A DNA stretch of 64,000 nucleotides from Candidatus Korobacteraceae bacterium (GCA_049511915.1 JBEKXQ010000010.1:4215-68214); one strand, 5' to 3'; shown: positions 10,756-20,178, counted from the stretch's first letter. Notes: a model not told the origin generated them from the sequence alone. Program-made: numbers and translations.

Positions 10756-11451
10756 CTATACTTGCTGCCACGGCGGGCTTGCGGCCGTGCGAGGTTACCC
10801 AAAGGTCTTGTCTGGGAAGTTTCAACCGATAAGTAACGAAAAACGCCCAAGGGTCTAGGGATGCCATTGGGTACATCTCGCAGCGGCCATCCACTTGAGC
10901 GAGTAGTAGCGATCTCCGAAAAGCGACCAGCTGTTGCGGCTTGCCAAACCCTGCACCACGTCGTCTTTGTGCACAACAATCGGGCCCGTGATCTGCACCT
11001 TATGGCCATTTGCCGGTGACCTGTCTGCTGCCATCGAGAATGCTGCCACTGCCGTCACGAAATAAATGCGAGCCACTGATAAGAATGCGGAACGCAACGT
11101 TCCAGGTGTTACATGCGGCCTCTTCCTCCAGACGAATATGGGTATGACAACCAGGGGAGCGGCAGGGCTTCTTGCGTGCTAAGCAATCTCTCGCCATGAA
11201 TAGAGCAAGTCATCAGCCAACCTCGAAGTATGTTGATGTGAGCACTATTGACCAGAAAACATGGAACTTGTTGTGCTGGAATAACACCGGTCTGCTTCCG
11301 ACAGTCGTCGGCAAAACTGCCAACATTTCGGCAGCGTGGGGCACTGCGCCTTTCGTGAAAGCCAAAGCATCTCAACGAATTAGCCTCGCCTCCCTTCGGC
11401 AAGGCAGTTGCATCTTGATAGAAGCAATTCCAAGAGGCGAACGGGAAGGTG

Positions 11452-12333
11452 ATGAAAAACATGCTGCGGAGATTGGGTCAATCTACGAGTTGGAGTATCG
11501 AGGCCAAGCTCATTCGTCAATCAATGGGATGGGCGGTCACGTCGGCAATTGTAGAAGTGCTTGTGTGTGCGCTGCTGATTTTAGATTCAGGCTCCGCACG
11601 GGCCCAAGTTCGCACCGCAGTCGCGACGGAGCCTAACGCTCTGCCAACCCTCGTCATTGGATTCATGGGCGGGTTTGTTCACAGCGACGATCTCCGGCAC
11701 TCGGAAGCGCAGCTCGCCCAACGTCTTCAGCGAAGCTATGGCGATCGCGTTACAGTTGAGATGTTCGAGAACCGCCAAACAGCCCAGGCTCATGAAGCCA
11801 TCGTCGATTGGCTCACCAGATTGGGCGACGCCAGAGTCACGGATGTGGGGCCACCACCCCAGATCGTTCTATTCGGTCATAGTTGGGGAGCGTCGGCCGT
11901 TGTCTATCTCTGTCGCGAATTGGAGCGCGAGGGAATCCGAGTCTCGCTTACCGTCCAGGTTGACAGCGTTAGAAAACACGGCGAGGATGACTCGCTGATC
12001 CCGGCCAATGTCGCCGAGGCGGCCAACTTCTATCAACCCAACGGCATTCTGCACGGCCAATCGATGATCAGGGCCGCAGATCCCTCACGTACTACGATCC
12101 TGGGCAATTATCGTTTTGCTTATCAACATGAACCTGCAGCGTGTCATGCATACCCGTGGTACACCCGCCTCCTGTTCAAAGGCCACACTGCGATTGAATG
12201 CGATCCACGGGTTTGGTCACGCGTTGAGACCATGATTGAAAACCGCTTGCCAATTACGCGCACGCCTGAAGCTGCGGCCTACTCTGCTCCCGTCCTCGAC
12301 ATAGAGGTCATCCCAGATTTCTTGGCGCTGTAA
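11452..12333 (+). CDS. Secreted/anchored alpha/beta-hydrolase-like protein
   Basis: Signal-anchor N-terminus and a GxSxG nucleophile elbow (LFGHSWGASAV). It lies in visibly AT-richer DNA. Confidence 0.55.
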   Translation: MKNMLRRLGQSTSWSIEAKLIRQSMGWAVTSAIVEVLVCALLILDSGSARAQVRTAVATEPNALPTLVIGFMGGFVHSDDLRHSEAQLAQRLQRSYGDRVTVEMFENRQTAQAHEAIVDWLTRLGDARVTDVGPPPQIVLFGHSWGASAVVYLCRELEREGIRVSLTVQVDSVRKHGEDDSLIPANVAEAANFYQPNGILHGQSMIRAADPSRTTILGNYRFAYQHEPAACHAYPWYTRLLFKGHTAIECDPRVWSRVETMIENRLPITRTPEAAAYSAPVLDIEVIPDFLAL

Positions 12334-12573
12334 CCCCGGGCACATCCTCGTTGGATGTATCTCCGGTTTCGATAGGTCATGGTGGAAAGGACTTGTTGCC
12401 ATGCCGAACACCTCAAGTCACTCCGGTGTGCCGCACAACAAGTCTGTTCTGGCAATGAAAAGTAGAGGAAGGAAAGTTAACGACGCGATGAGAGGACCCC
12501 ACGAAAATCCGACAGGTTTGGGCATTTCTGGAAGCGGCTTCTCCATTTATCAATGAGTTAGGCGGGATAATGA

Positions 12574-12623
12574 ACTGACTCTTAATCAGTAGGTTGAAGG
12601 TTCGATTCCTTCCGCGCTCACCA
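12574..12623 (+). pseudogene. Truncated tRNA-Lys(CTT): 3' half only (anticodon arm, variable loop, T arm, acceptor 3' strand, CCA)
   Basis: Anticodon stem ACTGA/TCAGT with loop CTCTTAA (U33, anticodon CTT). Variable loop AGGTT. T arm GAAGG-TTCGATT-CCTTC. Acceptor 3' strand CGCGCTC, then A and CCA. The expected 5' acceptor strand GAGCGCG and a canonical D arm are absent upstream. Confidence 0.6.
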
Positions 12624-12929
12624 CCTAGTGCCTTATATCCACTCTGGGCATATCTTCGTTTCACCTTGCGTGGCTGAGAGGCCCCTTGGGAATCCAGCGA
12701 ACCTCCTGCAAAGGCTTTGGTCTGTGCCCAGACAAAGATGTCATCGCTTCGCTGTCATCGGCATTCGACGGACCCATGCTCATTTCTTTCTCGTTGCTGT
12801 ATAGTATTTGCTTTATGCTCCCGCGTCGAAACTGGGGGAGCGTCGAGCATAGGAGGCGGCACCGGTTTTGACTGGCCTTGCCACAACCCCTCAGCCGAGA
12901 TTGACCATCAGAGAATTTAAGGAGAGAAC

Positions 12930-13007
12930 ATGGAATGGACTAGCCCGCAATTTGAAGAAGTTTGTTTGAACTGCGAGATTAACTGCTACGCCAACGCGGA
13001 ACTGTAA
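12930..13007 (+). CDS. PqqA-like 25-aa precursor peptide (MEWTSPQFEEVCLNCEINCYANAEL)
   Basis: ATG with AAGGAG 5 nt upstream, 26 codons to TAA. It has the PqqA signature W-x-x-P ... E-x-x-x-Y (E16/Y20) followed by A-E-[IL]. It is too short for the supplied ORF track. Confidence 0.6.
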   Translation: MEWTSPQFEEVCLNCEINCYANAEL

Positions 13008-13232
13008 ACTAAGCGATGCGCATTGAGATTCTGGCTCCGACGCGAGGGTGAACTTCCGCAGTGGAATTGCAACTGCCGAAAACTGTCGGTCCCTGCGAGC
13101 GGAGGTTTTTCTTGGAAGCCACTGACCCCCTCTGCTCGCTATCGATCGACCATCGCCTGATTGACGCCGCGCGGAGTGTTGCAGATAGCGACGCCGCACA
13201 GTCTCCTGGTCGTATAGAAGCAGCAAGCGGTG

Positions 13233-14483
13233 ATGGCTGATACGACGACATCGGCCACCCAATCCGACCAGCAGCGCCCCGGTATGTTCAATACATTTCG
13301 CGCGCTACGCCATCGCAACTTCCGGCTGCTTTGGGTCGGACTGGCCATCTCTGCGGTCGGCACCTGGATGCAGATCGTCGCCCAGAGCCTGCTTGTTCTG
13401 AGGATCACCCACGGGTCGGCATTCGCCTTGGGCACCGTCTCGCTCGCCCAGGCCTTGGCATTTTTCTTTTTTGCGCTCGTCGGCGGGAGCGTTGCCGATC
13501 GCGTCGATAAGCGCCGCCTTCTTATCTTTACTCAAAGTAGCTGCGCGGCATTGGCTATTTTGTTAGGTTTCTTTACACTCTTCGGCGTCATCCGGCTCTG
13601 GATGATTCTGATCCTTGCATTCCTGAACGGAACTCTGCTGAGCTTTGATCAGCCCGCACGCGGCGCGCTCATTCCAGTACTTGTTCCCACGGAAAGTCTG
13701 GGAAACGCCATTAGCTTGCAGGCGATGACCTTCAACGGGGCGGCGACGCTTGGACCGGCGTTGGCAGGACTTGGTGTGGCCACACTTGGTTATGCCGGCA
13801 ACTTCTTTCTAAACGGTGCCAGCTTCCTGGGAGTGCTGATTGCTCTCTACAGCATGCGCGTGCCCGGCGAACCGCCCCATCACCAATCGACCTTCCGGGC
13901 GATTCGCGACGCGCTCGGCACGGTCCGGCGGGACACCATCTTGCCATGGGTCTTATCCGGATACGCTGCGCTGCTCTTTCTGGGACCGTCGTCCGCGTTG
14001 ATCCTGCCCGTTTTCGCGGTGAAGATTCTTCACGTTGGCCCGGAACGTCTCGGCTTGCTGTTCTCTGCAGCTGGCGTCGGAACCATATTGGGCGCGTTGT
14101 TCCTGGCTTCTCTGGGCAGCAATCCACGAAGAGGCCCTATTTACCTGGCCGGGATTTTCATCTGGGTTGCGGCGCTAACGGGATTTGCCCTTAGCGCACG
14201 GTTCTGGATTTCCATGACCGCGCTACTCGTCTTTGGACTTGGTCAGACGCTCGCCGGAACGACAACTATTACGCTATTGCAAACCCGCGCACCGCAGCAG
14301 ATGAGAGGACGACTGATGAGCCTGAACACGCTGCTCATTATGGGCATTCGCCCGTTAGGTGATTTCCCGGCCGGCGCCTTGATTGCGGGAATAGGAGCTC
14401 CGGGAACGGTCTTACTGAGTGCCGGCCTAGTGGGGCTTTACGGACTAGGGCTTGCGATGCGGCCCGCGATACGTTCAACCTAG
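13233..14483 (+). CDS. MFS transporter (MFS_3/EntS-like subfamily)
   Basis: About 12 TM helices. The N-terminal FRALRHRNFRLLWVGLAISAVGTWMQ is typical of this subfamily. Confidence 0.85.
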   Translation: MADTTTSATQSDQQRPGMFNTFRALRHRNFRLLWVGLAISAVGTWMQIVAQSLLVLRITHGSAFALGTVSLAQALAFFFFALVGGSVADRVDKRRLLIFTQSSCAALAILLGFFTLFGVIRLWMILILAFLNGTLLSFDQPARGALIPVLVPTESLGNAISLQAMTFNGAATLGPALAGLGVATLGYAGNFFLNGASFLGVLIALYSMRVPGEPPHHQSTFRAIRDALGTVRRDTILPWVLSGYAALLFLGPSSALILPVFAVKILHVGPERLGLLFSAAGVGTILGALFLASLGSNPRRGPIYLAGIFIWVAALTGFALSARFWISMTALLVFGLGQTLAGTTTITLLQTRAPQQMRGRLMSLNTLLIMGIRPLGDFPAGALIAGIGAPGTVLLSAGLVGLYGLGLAMRPAIRST

Positions 14484-14704
14484 TCTGCCGCAATGTTTGC
14501 CGACCGCTCCTCGCCTCGTACCGGCAGGCTCTCGCCGCCGTCGCCGATCAGAATCGAAAGTCGAAACGACGGAAAATCGTAACTATACGGGTGTGGACCG
14601 GTCAGTGTTGTCCGAACTTACGTGCTTCGAAATCTAGAGTAAATTGCATCGGTCGACCGGCTTTTGAAAGACATGCTTCGAGGAGGCAGCCAATCTCACC
14701 TAAG

Positions 14705-15532
14705 TCACGACGCATCCATCCTTCCTAACCCAATGCCGAGCACCGCCCCAACAATTACGTCGGTGGCGTAGTGATAACCGTCATAAACCGCGCCCACGCA
14801 CATCAGCAGCACAGGAACCAACAGCCACGGCGCAAAGCGCGGCAGAAATCGATAGGCACACATCAACACAACGAAGGCCATCATGATGTGGGAACTGGGG
14901 AAGGCATTTCCGTGCACGCCGGCGTGATTCTGGACCATGCGTACTAAGTGCTGGAATAGGCCGCCTCCTGCGGCTCCGATCTGCTGCACCCCGGCGCGAT
15001 TTGCTGGGCTCTGGGTTGGGAAGAGGAGGTAGAGGATGTAACAAATCACGTATCCCACACTGAGGGAGGCAGTCAGTTTACGAAATCCTCCTATGAATGG
15101 CGGGCGCTTGCGCCAAGCCCACAGCAGACCTCCCACAATCGGGTACAAGGGATAAAATGCGAAGTAGCCGAACTCGAGAAATTCGATCAGCCAGCTGCGC
15201 GCGTGGGCGTGCATCCACTCCATCGGCGGCGTGCGGAAGAGCAGCGATTCCAACGCGACGATGTGTTCACTTTGCCAGGTCCCGCGAACGGCAAGCGAAA
15301 GGAAGGAAATCTCCTGGAAGACCGTCACAAAGAAGACCGCAGGAAGCCAGTCATGCGCAAATTCCCAGGCCTCGCCACTGACGCTCTTGGAGGCGATGAG
15401 CACGATAGCCGCCATTGAGCACAAATTCCACACCACATATTCCGGCCAGTGCAGCACACGGTCGTGGCGCACGCACACGAGAAGCGTCAATGCAAAATGC
15501 ACCGCGAGATATATGCGGTCAGGTAGGTTCAT
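14705..15532 (-). CDS. PAP2-family membrane phosphatase/phosphotransferase
   Basis: Multi-TM ORF with PAP2 C2/C3-like motifs FPSSHIMMAF and GYHYATDVIVGAVLG. Confidence 0.8.
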   Translation of the reverse strand: MNLPDRIYLAVHFALTLLVCVRHDRVLHWPEYVVWNLCSMAAIVLIASKSVSGEAWEFAHDWLPAVFFVTVFQEISFLSLAVRGTWQSEHIVALESLLFRTPPMEWMHAHARSWLIEFLEFGYFAFYPLYPIVGGLLWAWRKRPPFIGGFRKLTASLSVGYVICYILYLLFPTQSPANRAGVQQIGAAGGGLFQHLVRMVQNHAGVHGNAFPSSHIMMAFVVLMCAYRFLPRFAPWLLVPVLLMCVGAVYDGYHYATDVIVGAVLGIGLGRMDAS

Positions 15533-15792
15533 TCTTTAGCAAGCATACAGGTGTAACGTCTTCCTACATTTTGAGCTAACCATTCGGATAGCTGCGGTGC
15601 TGATGGGATAGCCCCGTCAGGTCCGAGCTCTCTGATCCGGGGGTATCCCCACAACTCGTCGCCGTCCATCCCGACGCCAAATTACATGCCTGCAAGGTAT
15701 TGCGAAGTTGAGGATCTCGCTCTGGGTTGTGACCCGGCTTTGGAACCTGAGATGCCCTTCCATTGCCAGGCCCCTGTTCTAAGGAGGAGAGT

Positions 15793-16041
15793 ATGAAGTC
15801 TCTTAGGTTTTTGACGCTCCTGATCGCTGTCGCCGCTGTTGCCGTCTGTCCGGCCCGGGTTTACGGTCAGCAAGAAGTCGATCCCGACCATTTTGATCAA
15901 CCGATCGCCCAAAGCCGCAGCTCGCATAATGTGGCTAAGGCGGCACCCACCCACCATCACCCGCAATCTGCGAATGCAAGAATTGCAAGTCGACATGCGG
16001 GCAGCAAAGCGCACCACCATTCGGGGCGGGTTGTCGGCTAA
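15793..16041 (+). CDS. Small secreted His-rich protein
   Basis: The ATG at 15793 is preceded by AAGGAGGAGAG. Signal peptide MKSLRFLTLLIAVAAVAVCPARVYG. The mature part has HHHP and HHHS clusters. Confidence 0.55.
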   Translation: MKSLRFLTLLIAVAAVAVCPARVYGQQEVDPDHFDQPIAQSRSSHNVAKAAPTHHHPQSANARIASRHAGSKAHHHSGRVVG

Positions 16042-16071
16042 TCGGTGAGCTATCGTTAGGGTTTGATTTTC

Positions 16072-16470
16072 TCAATCGAGGTCGATTGCAATGACTGCAT
16101 TGCTGTGCTTGAGCAGCCTGCCGAAAAAGTCGCCGACAGCTTTCAGCCAGTACTTGCGGCGCAGCAACTGCTGTCCACGCACAGCTTCCTCAGTACCGCA
16201 AATTCGTGCTCGCCCGTCCACCCAGGCGCCCCGCAGGTTGCCGCGCACGTCGCACGGTGCGACGCGGACCTTCGAGCTGTTGCGGATACGCTTCACTTTG
16301 CCCGCGCCAGCCTCGGAATAAACATAGAACACATCCGGCCCTGACGGTTTGCCCGATTGGGCAGCCGCTTGTGCAAACCACACCGGCGTGCGAACGCCTA
16401 TTCCGCTTTTGCGGAAGGTTTCGAGATTCAGGTATTTCGCATTGGCAAACTGAGCGACCGCATCGGGCAT
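16072..16470 (-). CDS. PPOX-class (pyridoxamine 5'-phosphate oxidase-like, F420/FMN-binding split-barrel) protein
   Basis: 132 aa. The pattern KYLNLETFRKSG..VRTPVWF ... KVKRIRNSSKVRVAPCD is typical of the PPOX-class probable F420-dependent family. Confidence 0.75.
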   Translation of the reverse strand: MPDAVAQFANAKYLNLETFRKSGIGVRTPVWFAQAAAQSGKPSGPDVFYVYSEAGAGKVKRIRNSSKVRVAPCDVRGNLRGAWVDGRARICGTEEAVRGQQLLRRKYWLKAVGDFFGRLLKHSNAVIAIDLD

Positions 16471-16747
16471 GAAGCGTGCCTCCGTCTGGAGATGAGGTTA
16501 CCGCATCAGAACCGTGTTCTGCTTTGTGCAATTCAACCGGGCACACGACCCCGGGTGGAATCGCGTACCGCTCGGCAATTCACCAGCAAGATGGTGCAGT
16601 TCACCCGTGGATTGAAGCGCTTCATCATTGCAAGGATGTTGTCGTTCTCGCTTTTGCGACGCATCAGCGATGGGGCTCGCCTTTACATTCTCTGCTCGTC
16701 TGAGTCACAATACTGCTCCGGCAGAATTCCTGCTGCCATCGAGGATT

Positions 16748-17068
16748 ATGTTGAAGTTGCGCGCGTGGCTATTTCTCTTGTTGTTCGTGCACGTTGTACT
16801 GCACCCTTGGGTGCATGCGATGGGCACAGCCAAGCCAGCGAGCGCGGCCGTGGTGGTAAGCAGCAATTTAACTCCATCGGGAAGCAGCCTCATCGGTGGC
16901 GATCAATGCGAATTGTGCCGTGTTGGTCATAACGCCACCATCACTCCCCAGCTGCCAAAGACTGCTGTACTCAATCCACGATGGGTTCGCACAACTCTTC
17001 AAGCCGTCAACTACGCCTCTCTCCAATCTGACCGGAGACTCCCTTCGCGGGCGCCTCCAAATCTCTAA
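16748..17068 (+). CDS. Small secreted CxxC protein upstream of the TonB-dependent receptor
   Basis: Internal ATG of ORF 16628-17068. Signal-like MLKLRAWLFLLLFVHVVL, a CELC motif, and a C-terminal ...SRAPPNL. The start and its coding status are uncertain. Confidence 0.45.
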   Translation: MLKLRAWLFLLLFVHVVLHPWVHAMGTAKPASAAVVVSSNLTPSGSSLIGGDQCELCRVGHNATITPQLPKTAVLNPRWVRTTLQAVNYASLQSDRRLPSRAPPNL

Positions 17069-17199
17069 TTAATTTCGCACTTGGAAAACTGCAGCGGCGC
17101 GCCTCGATAGCACGCCCTTGTCGAGTGTTATTTCCCATTGCTCTATTTGCCGTGATGCTCGCACCTCCCGGCGGAGCTAAGCGAAAAATTGGAGGACCG

Positions 17200-20031
17200 A
17201 TGTTCCGAACGTTTCCCGCGCGACTGACAACGCAACTTTCCGCAAGTCCGTACCAGCGAGGCACCATGGGCATTGCTTTTCTGGCAGTGGCTGTCATATT
17301 GTCCTCAATCCTGGTTTGCGCCGAGATTGGCGGAAACTCCTCATCGATCGCAGGAACCGTAGCCGACCCTTCGGGCGCGGTCATTCCTGGAGCCACGATT
17401 GTAATCAGCAATCCGGTCAGTCACTTTACCCGATCGACGACCACCGACGGCACCGGAAAGTTCGCTTTCGCGGCAGTTCCCCTGAACCCTTATCACCTTA
17501 CGGCGAACCTGGCTGGTTTTGCGCCCTACGCGCAGGACATCGACGTTCGCTCCTCTGTTCCTTTGAACCTGAAGATTACTCTTCAGATATCGTCAACTGC
17601 GGAAAACGTCACGGTGCAAGGCGAGGCTGGCGACCTGCTGGAGAACGAGTCCACATTTCATACCGACGTAGACCGCAGCCTGTTCGCGCGACTTCCACTG
17701 GAGAGCACCTCGTCGGAGCTTAGCTCATTGGTCACGCTGGCGACTCCGGGCGTAGCGGCGGATTCTAACGGCTTATTTCACGGGCTGGGCGATCATGCCG
17801 AGAACTCATTTTCACTCGACGGGCAGCCCATCACCGACCAACAAAGCAAGGTATTTTCCAATCAAATACCACTCGACGCCGTGCAGTCGATGCAGGTGAT
17901 CGCGGGTGCTCCGCCAGCCGAATATGGCGACAAGACCAGCCTCGTCATTGACGTGACGACCCGCAGCGGACTTGGTTCCACTACCCCGCACGGCAACATT
18001 ACGACGTCGTATGGCAGCTTTGGGTCGTCGAACATGGATGCCGATTTCTCCTACGGTGGTAAGAATTGGGGAAACTTCATCGCCGCCAACGGGCTGAATA
18101 CGGGCCGCTTCCTTGATCCACCGGAGTTTACCGTGATGCACGACAAGGGCAACGAAGAGAACGTGTTCGACCGTTTCGACTACATATTTTCGAGTGCCGA
18201 CGCTCTTCACCTTAACTTGGGCTTTACGCGCTCCTGGTTTCAAACTCCCAACTCGTTCGACCAGCAGTTTCACGACATCAACGGCACTCTGGTCTTGAAC
18301 CCTTTGACAGGAGTTCCGCTGGGTCCGACCGATCAACGCTCCCAGATCCTGACCTTCAACATCGCGCCCACCTGGACTCATACCATCAGCAACAATGCCG
18401 TTTTCAATCTCACCGGCTTCGTGCGGCGCGACGCCTACAACTACTACCCCAGCGACGATCCTTTCAACGACCTTGGCGCACCTGACCTTCAGAGACAAAC
18501 CGTCGCCCAGCAGCGGACGCTGCTTAACTCCGGCGCCATCGCCAACGTTACTTATACAAAGGGAATTAACAACATCAAGGCCGGCATATCCTATACTCAG
18601 ACATTCCTGAACGAGAATGATCAACTCGGGATTATCGACCCAACCTATAATGCACCCTGCTTGAACGGCGGCGGCGTTCCGGTCAACGGCTTTACCAATC
18701 CCACGCAGTGCGCAGCGGCCGGATACTTGCCAAACACTCCTTCGAATCCAACCGCGGCCGGCTCCGCATACTATCCCTACTTCAATCCTGTGCTGCTGTC
18801 CTATGACCTGACGCGTGGAGGTGGTCTGTACCCATTCGTCGGCCACACCGACGTTAAGGAACTCTCGATGTACGTGCAGGACACCATAACCAAGCGCAAC
18901 TGGAGTTTCAACCTTGGCATCCGTGGTGACATCTACAACGGCTTAACCACCGCAAACCAGGCAGAGCCGCGCGTGGGAATCTCCTACAACATTGCGAAGA
19001 CCAACACAGTCCTCCGCGTCTCGTATGCGCGCACGCTGGAGACTCCTTTCAATGAAAATCTGATTCTTTCCAGCCTGGGATGCAGTAACCCCGTACTCAG
19101 TCCCCTGCTAGCCTGCACATCGAGTGCATTAACACGACTAGCTCCCGGCTATCGCAATGAGTTCCATGCAGGTCTGCAACAAGCCTTCGGCAAGTACCTG
19201 GTGGTTGACGGGGAGTATATCTGGAAGTACACGCACAACGCTTACGATTTCAGCGTGCTGGGTGACACGCCGATCACCTTCCCGATCGAGTGGCACAACT
19301 CCAAGATTCCCGGATTCGCGCTGCGCGCCAGCATGCCGGTTAACCATGGCTTCACCGCCTTGGTGGTGATGTCCAGCGTCGCAGCCCGGTTCTTCACTCC
19401 GCAGGTCGGCGGAGCCGGATCCAACCCGTTAGCGCCGTTGGGAGTCTTCCGCATTGACCATGACGAGGCTTTCAACCAGACTACGCACTTGCAATATCAG
19501 ACGCCCTGGAAGCGGATAGCCCCATGGGTTGGCTTCAACTGGCGCTATGACAGCGGACTGGTAGCTGGAGACGTACCCTGTTACGGAATCGGCACAGGCA
19601 ACGATTGCCCGCAGTCGACCATGCTCAATGGGCTGCCCGCCATCGCGATGACGGATGTCCTGGGAATCCCGCTGACTGCGGATCAGGAGTTTCAAGCTGG
19701 ATTTACTTGCAATGGAGTACACGCAACGCCAACAACTCCGCTGCCTTTTATTTGTCCGTCATCGAAGTTCGGGTCCACTCTCACCCAGGTTCCGTCGCCG
19801 GGAACCGAGAACGACGATAAGAATCCACCACGCATCGCGCACCGTAATCTTTTCGATCTCGCGATCGGGGATGACAACCTTTTCAGGGGGGACAAGTATA
19901 AGTGGAGTTTACAATTCACAGCGATTAATCTCGCAAATAACTACGCTCTTTACAACTTTCTCTCAACCTTTAGCGGCACCCACTATGTCACACCGCGTGC
20001 TTTGACAGCGCAGATCGGATTCCACTTCTAG
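17200..20031 (+). CDS. TonB-dependent outer-membrane receptor with N-terminal carboxypeptidase-regulatory-like domain
   Basis: The ATG at 17200 follows GGAGGA. CarboxypepD_reg segment IAGTVADPSGAVIPGATIVISNPVSHFTRSTTTDGTGKFAF, followed by a plug and a long beta-barrel. C-terminal ...AQIGFHF with a terminal aromatic residue. Confidence 0.9.
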   Translation: MFRTFPARLTTQLSASPYQRGTMGIAFLAVAVILSSILVCAEIGGNSSSIAGTVADPSGAVIPGATIVISNPVSHFTRSTTTDGTGKFAFAAVPLNPYHLTANLAGFAPYAQDIDVRSSVPLNLKITLQISSTAENVTVQGEAGDLLENESTFHTDVDRSLFARLPLESTSSELSSLVTLATPGVAADSNGLFHGLGDHAENSFSLDGQPITDQQSKVFSNQIPLDAVQSMQVIAGAPPAEYGDKTSLVIDVTTRSGLGSTTPHGNITTSYGSFGSSNMDADFSYGGKNWGNFIAANGLNTGRFLDPPEFTVMHDKGNEENVFDRFDYIFSSADALHLNLGFTRSWFQTPNSFDQQFHDINGTLVLNPLTGVPLGPTDQRSQILTFNIAPTWTHTISNNAVFNLTGFVRRDAYNYYPSDDPFNDLGAPDLQRQTVAQQRTLLNSGAIANVTYTKGINNIKAGISYTQTFLNENDQLGIIDPTYNAPCLNGGGVPVNGFTNPTQCAAAGYLPNTPSNPTAAGSAYYPYFNPVLLSYDLTRGGGLYPFVGHTDVKELSMYVQDTITKRNWSFNLGIRGDIYNGLTTANQAEPRVGISYNIAKTNTVLRVSYARTLETPFNENLILSSLGCSNPVLSPLLACTSSALTRLAPGYRNEFHAGLQQAFGKYLVVDGEYIWKYTHNAYDFSVLGDTPITFPIEWHNSKIPGFALRASMPVNHGFTALVVMSSVAARFFTPQVGGAGSNPLAPLGVFRIDHDEAFNQTTHLQYQTPWKRIAPWVGFNWRYDSGLVAGDVPCYGIGTGNDCPQSTMLNGLPAIAMTDVLGIPLTADQEFQAGFTCNGVHATPTTPLPFICPSSKFGSTLTQVPSPGTENDDKNPPRIAHRNLFDLAIGDDNLFRGDKYKWSLQFTAINLANNYALYNFLSTFSGTHYVTPRALTAQIGFHF

Positions 20032-20178
20032 ACGGCGGTTTAGGGAAGGGATCGCGCAGTCGTGATTCCTCCCGTTGCAGTGTGGGGATTATTAAAGAGT
20101 TTATTCTAGCCGTCCGAGGGAGACACCGAGAATAAGCGTCTATCGCCAAAGGGCCTTGCTTGCTTCACGCCCTAGAGC

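Noticed and set aside
10760-11200. Possible frameshifted cupin-like pseudogene on the minus strand (ORFs 10855-11097 and 11000-11197; HTHIRLEEE...NGHKVQITGPIVVH)
   Set aside because: The resemblance to the cupin H-x-H...E...H pattern is too weak and needs an arbitrary frameshift. The region is recorded only as AT-richer, ORF-poor DNA.
12520-12623. Attempt to fold a complete tRNA around the Lys(CTT) 3' half
   Set aside because: The 7 nt at the expected 5' acceptor position (TATCAAT) cannot pair with CGCGCTC, and no GCTCA...GAGC-type D arm is present. It is therefore reported only as a truncated tRNA.
12686-12920. Plus-strand ORFs of 61 and 67 aa just upstream of the PqqA-like gene, considered as possible additional RiPP components
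   Set aside because: No RBS, overlapping alternative frames and odd composition. Most likely non-coding leader or promoter DNA.
15600-15650. CGTCAGGTCCGAG resembling the SRP RNA GTCAGGTCCGGAAGG motif
   Set aside because: The match stops after about 9 nt. The GGAAGCAGC continuation and a complementary helix are absent.
16470-16750. Possible riboswitch (for example cobalamin) upstream of the TonB-dependent receptor
   Set aside because: No B12 box-like AGYCMGG-GACCKGCC element or other riboswitch core that I could recognise.
17812-18846. 344-aa minus-strand ORF inside the TonB-dependent receptor gene; similar cases at 51053-51835, 53206-54102 and 32970-34309
   Set aside because: All overlap strongly supported genes on the opposite strand or another frame, and none has a recognisable motif.
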